From the IMG/VR virus record IMGVR_UViG_3300036712_000025: a stretch of DNA of 20,000 nt; one strand, written 5' to 3'. The translations under genes were made by a program, and so were the position numbers. This stretch comes from an uncultured virus (IMG/VR IMGVR_UViG_3300036712_000025) (taxonomy: Duplodnaviria > Heunggongvirae > Uroviricota > Caudoviricetes). Positions 1-8,269 of this stretch are shown piece after piece. The notes beneath the pieces are model-generated. The model did not search any database, had not been told where the DNA came from, and saw nothing but the letters and a program-made list of their open reading frames with translations. Position 1 is the stretch's first letter; the number at the start of each line of letters is the position of its first letter.

Positions 1-105
1 GTCCAGCGGTATGTTGGTGTCTGGGTGCGGGTCCTTATTCCCCGCTCCCGCCCTCTTTTCCTTGGGTACCTTCTTCGGATCGATCTCGACTCCGTACTTT
101 TCCAT
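1..105 (-). CDS. Small hypothetical protein, 5' part only (runs off the left edge): MEKYGVEIDPKKVPKEKRAGAGNKDPHPDTNIPLD...
   Basis: ATG at 105 preceded by AAGGAG; open to position 1; not in ORF track; overlaps the 3' end of the HU-like gene. Confidence 0.65.
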   Translation of the reverse strand, partial: MEKYGVEIDPKKVPKEKRAGAGNKDPHPDTNIPLD

Positions 106-451
106 GCCTCTTCTCCTTTCGTGGGAGCCCGAATCTGAGCTCCAGGTTCTCCTCCTTGAATAGCGTAATCGAGGCCTGGACGATAGCTTTGAGATCGTCC
201 GATGGTATGAAACGCACGCGCCGGGTGGCTGGAACTATCATTGGCTTCGCCCCGTTCGTGCGTGGGTCTCGCGCAACCCGCGCCTTGGCCGGGCAGTTCT
301 GGAGCTTGCCCAGGCCGTAGATGTGTACATCCCGGCCATCGCCCAGGGCCTTCCTGACGTGCTTGGCGAACAGCCTCAAGATCTTCCTGATCTCTCGGCG
401 TGTGTACTTCGTCTCGTCCGACAAGACGCTGATCAGTTCCTGGTACTCCAT
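35..451 (-). CDS. HU/IHF-like histone-like DNA-binding protein (138 aa)
   Basis: HU signature ALGDGRDVHIYGLGKL...RVARDPRTNG..MIVPATRRVRFIPSDDLK; start at ATG 451, immediately after the polA stop. Confidence 0.85.
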   Translation of the reverse strand: MEYQELISVLSDETKYTRREIRKILRLFAKHVRKALGDGRDVHIYGLGKLQNCPAKARVARDPRTNGAKPMIVPATRRVRFIPSDDLKAIVQASITLFKEENLELRFGLPRKEKRHGKVRSRDRSEEGTQGKEGGSGE

Positions 452-452
452 A

Positions 453-2420
453 CTACGCCTTCGCAGACGACCACGAGTAGCCCATGCCACCGTCCACCGC
501 GAGTGGGACGGACAGGTCATCCCCGAAAGGATGCTCCATCAGGTCGCAGATGATCGGCATGGCCTCTTCGGCATGCTCTTCAGGAACCTCGAAGAGCAGC
601 TCGTCGTGGACCTGCAGCAGCTGCTGGACACCCAGAGCTCGCAGGCGCTCGTCGAACTCGCACTTGATCATAGCCATCTTGGCCACGTCTGCCGCGCTAC
701 CCTGGATGACCGAGTTGACAGACTGCCGCTCGGCCCTGGCGAGGTTAGCCTTCGCCGTGCCCGGCAACTTCCACCGGGTCATCTTGTCCAGCATCTGACC
801 GATGGCCACCATCTCGTGGAAGCGGCGGGGCCGACCGATGATCGTCTCCACCATGGCATGATCCAGGATGTAGGCGTGGACACCATCGATGAACTCGCCG
901 ACCTTGGGATAGGGCTCGAAGTACTGCTTCATCAGCGCCTTTGCCTTGTCCACGCTCACGCCGAGGGTCTTGCCCAGCTTCTGCGGACCCTCACCGTAGT
1001 TCAGGCCGAAGCCGATGCTCTTGGCCGCCTGGCGGTCGAAGCACATCTGCTTCTCGTCCTTGGTCAGGACAATGCCCCCGTCCTTGGCCGCGGCTTTCTT
1101 CTTCTTGAGGGCGGCTATGATGTCGTCGTACCTGTGCCCGAACATCAGGGCAGCGGTCCCGGTGTGGATGTCCTGACCCTTGTTGATCACGTCGATCATG
1201 TTGGGGTCGCCCGAGTAGTGGGCCATCAGGCGCATCTCGAGCTGCTCGTAGTCGACTACGATCAAGATATGATCGGTCTTGGGCATGAACACGGACCGGA
1301 TGCCGAACTTGTCACCACCGGGCCGCGGGATGTTCTGGAGGTTGGGATCAACGGAGCTGAGGCGCCCGGTGACCGTGACGTGCTGGGTGAGCGTCGGGTG
1401 GATACGCAGATCGTTGTCCACCCACTTCCTCAGACCGTCCACGTAGGTGCCCTTCATCTTGGTCAGGCCCCGGATCTGGAGGATGATGTCAGCCGCCTCA
1501 ACGCCGTCCTCGGCGAACCGCTTGAGCGTCTCCTCATCGGTGGAGGGCTGGCGGTTGCCGCTGGTCCCGCCGGAGGTCATCTTGATGGGCTCCACGCCCA
1601 GCTTGTCGAAGAGCAGGACTCGCAGCTGCGGGGTGCTCCGTGGGTTGACCTCTCGGCCGGCGATCTTGTTCAGCTCCTTCTGGAGATCGTCGATGTCGGT
1701 CTGGATCTTGGGCGAGAGTTCGTCCAGGTAGCCCACATCCACCATGATGCCGCGCCGGCAGAGGTGGTGAAGCACCCTGGTGAAGGGCATCTCGACGTCA
1801 CAGAAGTAGTCCCAGAGGCACATCCCGTCCATGCTGTGCTGCCTGGACAGCTGGTCCTCGAGGTACTTGTAGACGCGGAAGGTGGCCCAGGCGTCGAGCG
1901 AGGCGTAGGACGTCGCGCTCTCGAACTCGTCCCGCATGGCCCGCATGAGCCGTTCCTGGTAGGTCTCCCCCTTCTTCTTGCCCTTGAACGCCTCCTTGAA
2001 CTCACGCATGTTCAGGCCCAGGTGATCGAGGGCCGTCTCCTTCAGGCCGTGCCGGCCCTGGCGGTTCTCGTCGTAGAGCCAGTCCATGGCCAGTGTGCAG
2101 AAGGAGTCCCCCTTGGGGACGCGCACACCGGAGTTCTCCATCATGGAGAAGTCGAAGGTCTGGTTGGTGTAGTACCACCGGATGTCGGAGAGCTGTGATA
2201 GCTCGGCGTCGTAGAGGGCGAGCATCTCCCTGGAGAAGCAGTAGCGCGTATCCAGGTCCGGGCACGCTGACCAGAACAGGACATGATCTCTGGCCCGGTC
2301 GAGACCGGTGGTCTCTGTGTCCATCGCGCACTCTTTGGTGTCCTCGACGTGGCGGACGAACTTCATGAAGTCTTCGCCGTTGTCCACCCACGTCACGGGT
2401 GGGACGTACTGAATAGGCAT
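453..2420 (-). CDS. polA: Family A DNA polymerase with 3'-5' exonuclease and no 5'-3' exonuclease domain (phage type)
   Basis: Exo motifs DTETTGL, NQTFD, YASLDA; TGRLSSVDPNLQNIP; motif A DYEQLEMRLMAH; motif B RQAAKSIGFGLNYG; motif C QVHDELLFE; GGAGG RBS. Confidence 0.97.
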   Translation of the reverse strand: MPIQYVPPVTWVDNGEDFMKFVRHVEDTKECAMDTETTGLDRARDHVLFWSACPDLDTRYCFSREMLALYDAELSQLSDIRWYYTNQTFDFSMMENSGVRVPKGDSFCTLAMDWLYDENRQGRHGLKETALDHLGLNMREFKEAFKGKKKGETYQERLMRAMRDEFESATSYASLDAWATFRVYKYLEDQLSRQHSMDGMCLWDYFCDVEMPFTRVLHHLCRRGIMVDVGYLDELSPKIQTDIDDLQKELNKIAGREVNPRSTPQLRVLLFDKLGVEPIKMTSGGTSGNRQPSTDEETLKRFAEDGVEAADIILQIRGLTKMKGTYVDGLRKWVDNDLRIHPTLTQHVTVTGRLSSVDPNLQNIPRPGGDKFGIRSVFMPKTDHILIVVDYEQLEMRLMAHYSGDPNMIDVINKGQDIHTGTAALMFGHRYDDIIAALKKKKAAAKDGGIVLTKDEKQMCFDRQAAKSIGFGLNYGEGPQKLGKTLGVSVDKAKALMKQYFEPYPKVGEFIDGVHAYILDHAMVETIIGRPRRFHEMVAIGQMLDKMTRWKLPGTAKANLARAERQSVNSVIQGSAADVAKMAMIKCEFDERLRALGVQQLLQVHDELLFEVPEEHAEEAMPIICDLMEHPFGDDLSVPLAVDGGMGYSWSSAKA

Positions 2421-2431
2421 GGGTCCTCCAC

Positions 2432-2463
2432 AAAAATGCCCCCTCCCCCGGAGGGGAGGGGGC
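2432..2463 (-). terminator. Intrinsic terminator between the SSB gene and polA
   Basis: Perfect 11-bp GC stem GCCCCCTCCCC/GGGGAGGGGGC with a UCCG (UNCG-type) loop, followed by ATTTTT on the minus strand. Confidence 0.8.
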
Positions 2464-2470
2464 TGTCGAA

Positions 2471-3568
2471 CTACTCGTCGTAGTCCGGCTCGGCGTCGTC
2501 ACCGTACTCGCCGGCGTGCTTGTCGGCATCCTCCTCGCGGTACGGGTTCCTGATCTTCAAGATCTTGGCCTGCCACTCGAACGGGTCGGGGGCGAAGACC
2601 TTCTTGAAGTTCCAGGGCTTGGCCATCTCCTCCAGCTCCTCGTCCAGCTCGCACGCCTTCCAGCGCGGGATCTGGATGGTGGAGTTGGTGCCCTCACCCT
2701 GACGCTTGATCTCCAGCTCGCAGTCGAAGATCGACAGCGGCTCGGGGTCCTGGCACTTGTCGCACTCGGTCTGCTTCAGGGGGTAGTCCCTCTTCTTGCA
2801 CTCCGGGCACTCCTGCTTGCGGGCGACGTAGGACGCGATGCCCTTGTCGTCCAGCTCGCACGTGGCGAGATCGAGCAGGGGGTGACCGCAGTTGGGGCAC
2901 TCGTAGGCCACGTCCTCGAGCCGGCCCTCGCCGCAGTTGGCGCAGTCCTTCTCGATCTCGTTGACGAACCCCGCGAGGTCCTGGAGGTGGCCGGAGCCGA
3001 TGCTCCAGTGGACCTTCTTGCCGAAGACCTTCTCCAGATCCTCCTTGCAGTACTTGCAGCGGCGGCCCTCGCAGAGGACCTTCCGCATCACCTGCTCGCC
3101 CTGGCGATCACCCTTCTTGTAGGTGATCGGCTTGCCCTGGTCGTCGAAGACGGGCTCAAGGTGGTACCAGGCCAGGTGGATGCCGTTGAACGCGTGCATC
3201 AGGCGCCAGGACACGTCCTCGGCACCGTTGTCGCGCTCCTGGCAGGCGAGGCACTTCCCGCCGACCGTCGTGAGCTCACCATCCACGATCTGGTACTGCT
3301 TGCTGCAGATGCAACTCCGGTTGGACCGGGCCGCGTAGTGCTCCACGTAGGGGTAGTACTCGTTCTCCTCCCCCTCCAGGCCGATGTAGTTGCCCGGCAG
3401 AAGACGGAGCTTCGTGGTGACGTTCTGGGGCGGCTTCCACCGGCCGTTCCACCGGATGGAGAGGGCGTAACCACCGCCACCGCCGGAGCTCTCGCTCCTC
3501 CTGGTGGAGTAGCCACTGACCCTTTGCCCGAAGGATGATCGTTTCCTGCTAGCGGAGTATCGCGCCAT
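2471..3568 (-). CDS. Single-stranded DNA-binding protein, T4 gp32-like, with several Zn-ribbon insertions and an acidic C-terminal tail
   Basis: KLRLLP, then an H..C..CxxC Zn site (VEHY...CICSK...CLAC) as in gp32; EIKRQGEGTNST strand-loop; tail EEDADKHAGEYGDDAEPDYDE; lies between primase and polymerase. Confidence 0.7.
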   Translation of the reverse strand: MARYSASRKRSSFGQRVSGYSTRRSESSGGGGGYALSIRWNGRWKPPQNVTTKLRLLPGNYIGLEGEENEYYPYVEHYAARSNRSCICSKQYQIVDGELTTVGGKCLACQERDNGAEDVSWRLMHAFNGIHLAWYHLEPVFDDQGKPITYKKGDRQGEQVMRKVLCEGRRCKYCKEDLEKVFGKKVHWSIGSGHLQDLAGFVNEIEKDCANCGEGRLEDVAYECPNCGHPLLDLATCELDDKGIASYVARKQECPECKKRDYPLKQTECDKCQDPEPLSIFDCELEIKRQGEGTNSTIQIPRWKACELDEELEEMAKPWNFKKVFAPDPFEWQAKILKIRNPYREEDADKHAGEYGDDAEPDYDE

Positions 3569-4553
3569 TTCTTTGCCTCCAAAAGTGCCAGTTCTCTGCG
3601 GCGTCTAAGACCCCTAGTATGTCTGGCTGATCGAGGTTGTCTGGTTGCGCATTTTCGTCGCACCACTCTGGGTAGTCGACAGCTAGAACCTTCAGCCCCC
3701 GCTTGCGGAGCCTCCGGCCCGTGTCAAAGGTTCCCTCCTTCCCCGCCTGGTTGTTGTCCAAGAACAGGATCACCGTGACCCCAAGGCGGCTGAGGACACT
3801 CTCCTGTGCTTGGGTCATGCGGCTGCCTTGCAGAGCCACCACATTGTCAATCTCGTGCTGGAGCAGCCAGATGCACGCCTTGTAACCCTCTACGATGATC
3901 ACTGTATCAAGATCTTCGAAGAAAGCAACAGGGTACACGTTGTGCATGTTCCACAGAAAGTGGTGGTTCTTGATGTCATACCGCTCATAGCGGGCCTTGA
4001 CTTCGGCGTCATCGGGCGCGTACTTGAGCAAGTCCGGGGACTTATACACCTTGTAACGCGGGTACTCATCGATGACGGTCCTGCCGTTGATTCCGACCAG
4101 GTTCCCGTGGAGATCGCGGATGGGAAACGTGATCCGCATCTCCTCCTTGTCGAAGCCTATTTCTAGACGTTCTAGGAGTTCCTTGTCGAAGCCGGCCTTG
4201 ACCAGGTCGAGCGGGAGGTACTTGAACACACCCAGCAGGCCCTCGTTCAGGGTGTGCTCTCCCAGACCTGAGTAGGTCTCCCTCTTCCGCCGCTTCGGTG
4301 TGCGCCGCTCGAGTTCCAGGGCGGAGTCGATGATGGCGCTGGGCGTGCCCATCCTCTTCAGGAACTGGACAAAAGTTCCCTTGGCATGGCACGTGTGGCA
4401 GTAGAACAGGCCGTTCTCGAGGTTCATGTAGAACGACGGCTTCTTCTCCATGCCACCCTTGTGGAATGGACAGGGTCCTCCGATGTTGTTTGGGCCAGAC
4501 GACTTCACGTACCGCAGATGCCGCTTGGCCTCTTGGTAGACGACGTCTCTCAT
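3549..4553 (-). CDS. dnaG: DnaG-like DNA primase (CHC2 Zn finger + TOPRIM)
   Basis: CPFH...PSF...FYCHTC; RITFPIRDLHGNLVGINGR; IIVEGY; LFLDNNQAG. Confidence 0.93.
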   Translation of the reverse strand: MRDVVYQEAKRHLRYVKSSGPNNIGGPCPFHKGGMEKKPSFYMNLENGLFYCHTCHAKGTFVQFLKRMGTPSAIIDSALELERRTPKRRKRETYSGLGEHTLNEGLLGVFKYLPLDLVKAGFDKELLERLEIGFDKEEMRITFPIRDLHGNLVGINGRTVIDEYPRYKVYKSPDLLKYAPDDAEVKARYERYDIKNHHFLWNMHNVYPVAFFEDLDTVIIVEGYKACIWLLQHEIDNVVALQGSRMTQAQESVLSRLGVTVILFLDNNQAGKEGTFDTGRRLRKRGLKVLAVDYPEWCDENAQPDNLDQPDILGVLDAAENWHFWRQRNGAILR

Positions 4554-6046
4554 ACCCTTCTCGAGCGTGAGAAGGCGTCGGCGGCGAGCGCACCCATCTC
4601 GGCCTTGCTCTTGGGTACGGGCTTCTCGCCGCTGTCCTTGTCAGCCACTTTGAGGAAGTCCTTGATGTCACGGTAGTCGTTGAAGACCACCGGCACCTCG
4701 TAGGGCTCCTTGGTCTCCGGGTCCAGCATGATGACCCCAGCCTCGTCACGGGCCAGCATCATCATCTGATCGAAGTCGGTAGCCGCGCAGCCATTGATGG
4801 CGAACCCGGTGAGGTTGATCTCCCTAGCACCGGTGATGGCCAGCGCCAGCTCGTTGATCTCGTCGGTGATCTTCTTCTTGAGAATCTCCACCGCCAGGTC
4901 GCAGTCCATCCCGTAGGAGTCGGAGAAGGAGATGTTGGCCACGCTCTGGCCCTTCCTCTCCTCGCTGTCCCGCTTGGCCTGGGTGGTGCCCACCAGGGGC
5001 TTCTGGGTGTCCAGGGCCAGGTCCTTCAGGTCCTGGGTGATGGCCGACTGGTCGTCCCACTTGACCGATCGCTTGCCGGCCCGGTCGTTCCGCATCAGGT
5101 AGAGGGCGTCCGCCCCGATCAGGTCCGGCCCATGGTCCTCCACCTTCTGGCGCAGGCCCATGACGCCGCCGCCCTTCGGGTCCTCCCGGTCGCTGGTGAT
5201 GATCAGGCTCTTGTTGTGCCCGGTCTCCAGCGTGCACACCTCCTCATCGTCCACCATCCCATCCATCAGGGTGTAGAACCGATCCTCCATGGTCCCACCC
5301 TCCGGCACGGCGATGTCGGCGAGGGTGCCGTTCTTGTAGGCGCTGTAGGGAGCGCCGATCAGGATGCAGATGCTGCGGTCCATCATCTGCTGTGGTGTCA
5401 TCTCCCTGGTGTAGATGAGCACCCTACGGCTGGCGTAGTCGTAGGCGTGGCAGCAGATCTTCAGGAGCAGCCAGGTCTTCATGGACTTGGGACGTCCGTA
5501 GAAGAGGACGAACTCCCCAGGCAGCATGCCCTGGGTGTGCTCGTTCAGCGTGGGCCACGGGTAGGGGATCCCCATGATCCCGTCCCGGTCTCTGTTCTGC
5601 TCATACCGCGCCATGGCCTCCTTCAGGGAGGATGACACCACGATGTCCCTGCTGGTCCGCTTGAGCTTGGTTAGCTCTCGGTACTTCCTCCCGATCATGT
5701 CCAGCACCACGTCGGGCTTGTCCAGGTAGTCGTTGATCTCGTCGGACAACGTGGTGAGCTCGGTGTTGATGTGCTGGTCCTGGAACCGCTTGAGCACTGC
5801 GGACAAGCTGGGGCGGTCCTCCGGTGGGAGGTTGACCTTGGGGAAGGTGTCCTCGAGCAGCTCCCGAGTTGGCACCTCCCCCGTGGTCTTGTTCCCCCTG
5901 TAGTACTTGACGATGAACTTCCAGATGGCCAGGCCATCCTGGGTGTGGAAGTGATCGGTCTCTACGCCCGCGTCCAGGACGGGGCGTAGCTCACCGGTGT
6001 CTGCGATCTTGGATAGTAGTAGAAGCTCTTCGTGTGCTCCCATCAT
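4550..6046 (-). CDS. dnaB: Replicative SF4 (DnaB-like) helicase
   Basis: GIPYPWPTLNEHTQGMLPGE; Walker A GRPKSMKT; REM; Walker B LIGADALYL; TTQAKR; SDSYGMDCD; ATGA-coupled to primase. Confidence 0.88.
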   Translation of the reverse strand: MMGAHEELLLLSKIADTGELRPVLDAGVETDHFHTQDGLAIWKFIVKYYRGNKTTGEVPTRELLEDTFPKVNLPPEDRPSLSAVLKRFQDQHINTELTTLSDEINDYLDKPDVVLDMIGRKYRELTKLKRTSRDIVVSSSLKEAMARYEQNRDRDGIMGIPYPWPTLNEHTQGMLPGEFVLFYGRPKSMKTWLLLKICCHAYDYASRRVLIYTREMTPQQMMDRSICILIGAPYSAYKNGTLADIAVPEGGTMEDRFYTLMDGMVDDEEVCTLETGHNKSLIITSDREDPKGGGVMGLRQKVEDHGPDLIGADALYLMRNDRAGKRSVKWDDQSAITQDLKDLALDTQKPLVGTTQAKRDSEERKGQSVANISFSDSYGMDCDLAVEILKKKITDEINELALAITGAREINLTGFAINGCAATDFDQMMMLARDEAGVIMLDPETKEPYEVPVVFNDYRDIKDFLKVADKDSGEKPVPKSKAEMGALAADAFSRSRRV

Positions 6047-6384
6047 CCCTCCTTGCCTTCAAGCCAGATGATCCCGCCTTTGGTGTAGATGCGCTTGCGG
6101 TGTTTGCGTGTTCCTTTTACCGCCGTCATGCTCAAAGTGTCGGGGTCGATCTCGACGCAGAGGTTATAGCGATCGGACCAACTGAGCTTGCCCTCGACTA
6201 CCTCACCCCGACGGTCGCATAGGGTGATCACTGACCCCACCATCCGGCGGATGGTTGAGTGCCAGTTGTCGTGGACATTCAGTAGATCCTTGAGGGCACG
6301 GACGTCCTTCTCGAGCCGTTCGAAGCGATCCTTGAGGCTTTGGAGCCGCTTCGACAGCCCCTCCAGTGACAGTTTCACAGGCAT
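6043..6384 (-). CDS. Hfq/Sm-fold-like protein with an N-terminal coiled coil
   Basis: VITLCDRRGEVVEGKLSWSDRYNLCV resembles Sm1; IYTKGGI resembles Hfq VYKHAI; heptad leucines at the N-terminus; GGAG RBS; ATGA overlap with the helicase. Confidence 0.6.
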   Translation of the reverse strand: MPVKLSLEGLSKRLQSLKDRFERLEKDVRALKDLLNVHDNWHSTIRRMVGSVITLCDRRGEVVEGKLSWSDRYNLCVEIDPDTLSMTAVKGTRKHRKRIYTKGGIIWLEGKEG

Positions 6385-6408
6385 GTATTCTCCGAGGGCA
6401 GGGTATCG

Positions 6409-6437
6409 AGCATGGCTTGACCAAACGCTACTGACAA
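6409..6437 (-). promoter_or_regulatory. Putative sigma70-type promoter TTGTCA-N17-CATGCT for the Sm-like/helicase/primase/SSB genes
   Basis: Hexamers and 17-nt spacer read directly in a 100-bp intergenic gap. Confidence 0.5.
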
Positions 6438-6438
6438 G

Positions 6439-6487
6439 CCGCTAGATATGGGCCAAACCCGATACCGAACCACAACATGTTGTGGTT
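6439..6487. promoter_or_regulatory. Tandem NrdR-box-like operators (6439-6454 and 6470-6485)
   Basis: CCACAACATGTTGTGG (inside the perfect 20-bp palindrome 6468-6487) and CCGCTAGATATGGGCC match the NrdR consensus acaCwAtATaTwGtgt; starts are 31 bp apart. Confidence 0.7.
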
Positions 6488-7604
6488 ACGCGCTAGCCCT
6501 CTGGAGAACGCGGCCGGCGAGTGCCTCGAACTCGAACCGCTTGTCCATGTCGTCGTAGTCCTGCGCTGCCCTGGTGATCGCCTGGACCATGCCGTAGCCG
6601 GTCTTCAGCGGCTCCTTGGCGAATGCCTTGATCGCGGCGTCGCGGAAGTGCTTCGGGGCCTCGAGCTTCTTCAGCTCGTCCTCGAGGAAGTTCTCGGGGT
6701 GCTCGATGATGACGGCCTGGGAATCGGTGAGCAGCCTGCGGGTCTTCTCCCAGCGCAGCGGGGCCTTCTCGAAGACCTGGTTGAACTGGGCGTCGAGAGC
6801 GGCGTCCTCGATGGGGACGTGGCGCCGGTAGAGCAGGCGGGAATCGCCGGTCGTGATCATCATACCGTTCAAGCAGACGAGCCTGAAGGAGAACTCGTCG
6901 ATGATCACGGCGGTGTAGCCGACCTCGGAGTTGCGCATGGTGTAGCCGGGGTACACGATGTCGTCCTTCGGGAGCGCCCCTTCGCGTTCCGCGATGTCGT
7001 AGATGTGGCGCACCTCGGGGTCGGGGTGCTTGCGGTCGATGGCGCCCATGTTGATGGGCTGCCCGACCATCGTGTAGTACTGGCAATGGTCGTTGCCCCA
7101 CCGGGACCTCTTGGACAGGTGCTTGTCCATGAAGCTGATCGTGTCGAGCTGGCCGATGAACTTCTTCTCCAGCCGGTCGAAGATGCGCTCGTCATCGATG
7201 GGGTGGTAGGTCGGCGACAGCACCGCGCGTAGGTAGCCGTCGCAGTTGGGCACGCCAGGGGAGCCCTCCTTGAAGCGGTTGGTCCTGAGCTTCCGCTGGT
7301 CCTGGGTCTTGGAGAACCTGCGCTGCAGCTCCTGCTGGATCTCCTCGGCCTTGACCAGCTTCGGGTCGAACCACTTGCCCCACTGGACGCCGAGGATGGA
7401 CCCCAGCTGCTTCTGCGCCCAGTCCGTCATCTTGAAGGTCCCCGTGCCGGGGATCTCCACGTTGAGCTCCGGAGTGATGCGCATGCGTTCCATCTCCAGA
7501 GTGACGTCCGGGTTCTTGAGCGCGGAGGCTGCCGCCACCTGCTCCCTGACGTCGTTAAACTTGCGGAGCTTCTTCGTCTGCTCCAAGCTGAGACCATTCA
7601 TCAT
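6486..7604 (-). CDS. DUF932-like phage/plasmid protein
   Basis: LRAVLSPTYHPIDD; RNSEVGYTA...RLVCLNGM; YGMVQAITRAAQ. Start may be 7610, 7604 or 7601. Confidence 0.75.
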   Translation of the reverse strand: MMNGLSLEQTKKLRKFNDVREQVAAASALKNPDVTLEMERMRITPELNVEIPGTGTFKMTDWAQKQLGSILGVQWGKWFDPKLVKAEEIQQELQRRFSKTQDQRKLRTNRFKEGSPGVPNCDGYLRAVLSPTYHPIDDERIFDRLEKKFIGQLDTISFMDKHLSKRSRWGNDHCQYYTMVGQPINMGAIDRKHPDPEVRHIYDIAEREGALPKDDIVYPGYTMRNSEVGYTAVIIDEFSFRLVCLNGMMITTGDSRLLYRRHVPIEDAALDAQFNQVFEKAPLRWEKTRRLLTDSQAVIIEHPENFLEDELKKLEAPKHFRDAAIKAFAKEPLKTGYGMVQAITRAAQDYDDMDKRFEFEALAGRVLQRASA

Positions 7605-7890
7605 CTTCACCCTCTATACCGGCTGTCTCCTCAAAGTGCCGGGGCAAAAGGTCCTGTTCCATGGAATCGATCAGGGCACGTAGCAGCTTCATCGTTGATT
7701 CGGACCAGTTGGTGGTGTAGGCGCTGCACTGCCCATGCGTCTCTTGAAGCACGTCGTTCCCGGTGGGTAGCTTCTCCAACCTCCCAAGGGCGTACTTGGC
7801 GTCCATGGTGATCGGCGTGCTGGGTAGGTTCTTGATGGTGACCTCCGCTACGTGGAGGCCGTTGATCTTGCACCTGCTGGCGGACTTCAT
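7555..7890 (-). CDS. Hypothetical protein (111 aa, acidic C-terminus)
   Basis: ATG at 7890 just after the upstream stop; fills the operon gap. Confidence 0.7.
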   Translation of the reverse strand: MKSASRCKINGLHVAEVTIKNLPSTPITMDAKYALGRLEKLPTGNDVLQETHGQCSAYTTNWSESTMKLLRALIDSMEQDLLPRHFEETAGIEGEDDEWSQLGADEEAPQV

Positions 7891-7894
7891 GATG

Positions 7895-8269
7895 CTACCG
7901 CCGGCGGCTGGGGTGGTCAGACCGGATGTCGTCGTTCTTCTCGAAGTCCTCGAGGTAGATCCGCATCTCCTCCGCACCCTCGTACGACATGTTCTCGGCC
8001 ATGCGCGCTACTTCCTCGCAGGCCGCCCGGATCTCGTCTTCGGACTGGCCGCAGACGACGCTGACGTTGACCGTGCTCTCGATCGTCAAGCCGCCCTTCT
8101 GCCCGCTGAACCATTCCTTGAAGCCGCGGGTGGCACTCACCCTGGCGTTGCCGTCTCCCAGGGGAAGCTCGGTGCTCTTCGTGCCCTTCATCTCCTTCCT
8201 CCTTTCTTCCCGCTCGTCGTACTTGTTGTAGACCCTGGCGGTCCCGTCGTATGTGACCTGGGCCTTCAC
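7895..8269 (-). CDS. Hypothetical protein (124 aa)
   Basis: GTGA overlap with the upstream gene; GC3-rich codon usage. Confidence 0.75.
   Translation of the reverse strand: MKAQVTYDGTARVYNKYDEREERRKEMKGTKSTELPLGDGNARVSATRGFKEWFSGQKGGLTIESTVNVSVVCGQSEDEIRAACEEVARMAENMSYEGAEEMRIYLEDFEKNDDIRSDHPSRRR

Noticed and set aside
321..2198. 625-aa plus-strand ORF, and similar long antisense ORFs (2516-3538, 6477-7232, 11833-13107)
   Set aside because: Shadow frames of real GC3-rich genes on the opposite strand; no motifs, L/V/H/G-biased composition
453..2420. PolA as cellular Pol I or as a Z-genome DpoZ
   Set aside because: No 5'-3' exonuclease domain and a phage context rule out Pol I; no purZ or base-modification genes in the window support DpoZ
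4041..4048. TGTATAAG resembling the putative phage promoter motif
   Set aside because: Inside the primase coding sequence (V-Y-K codons), no A-rich upstream element, no nearby gene start
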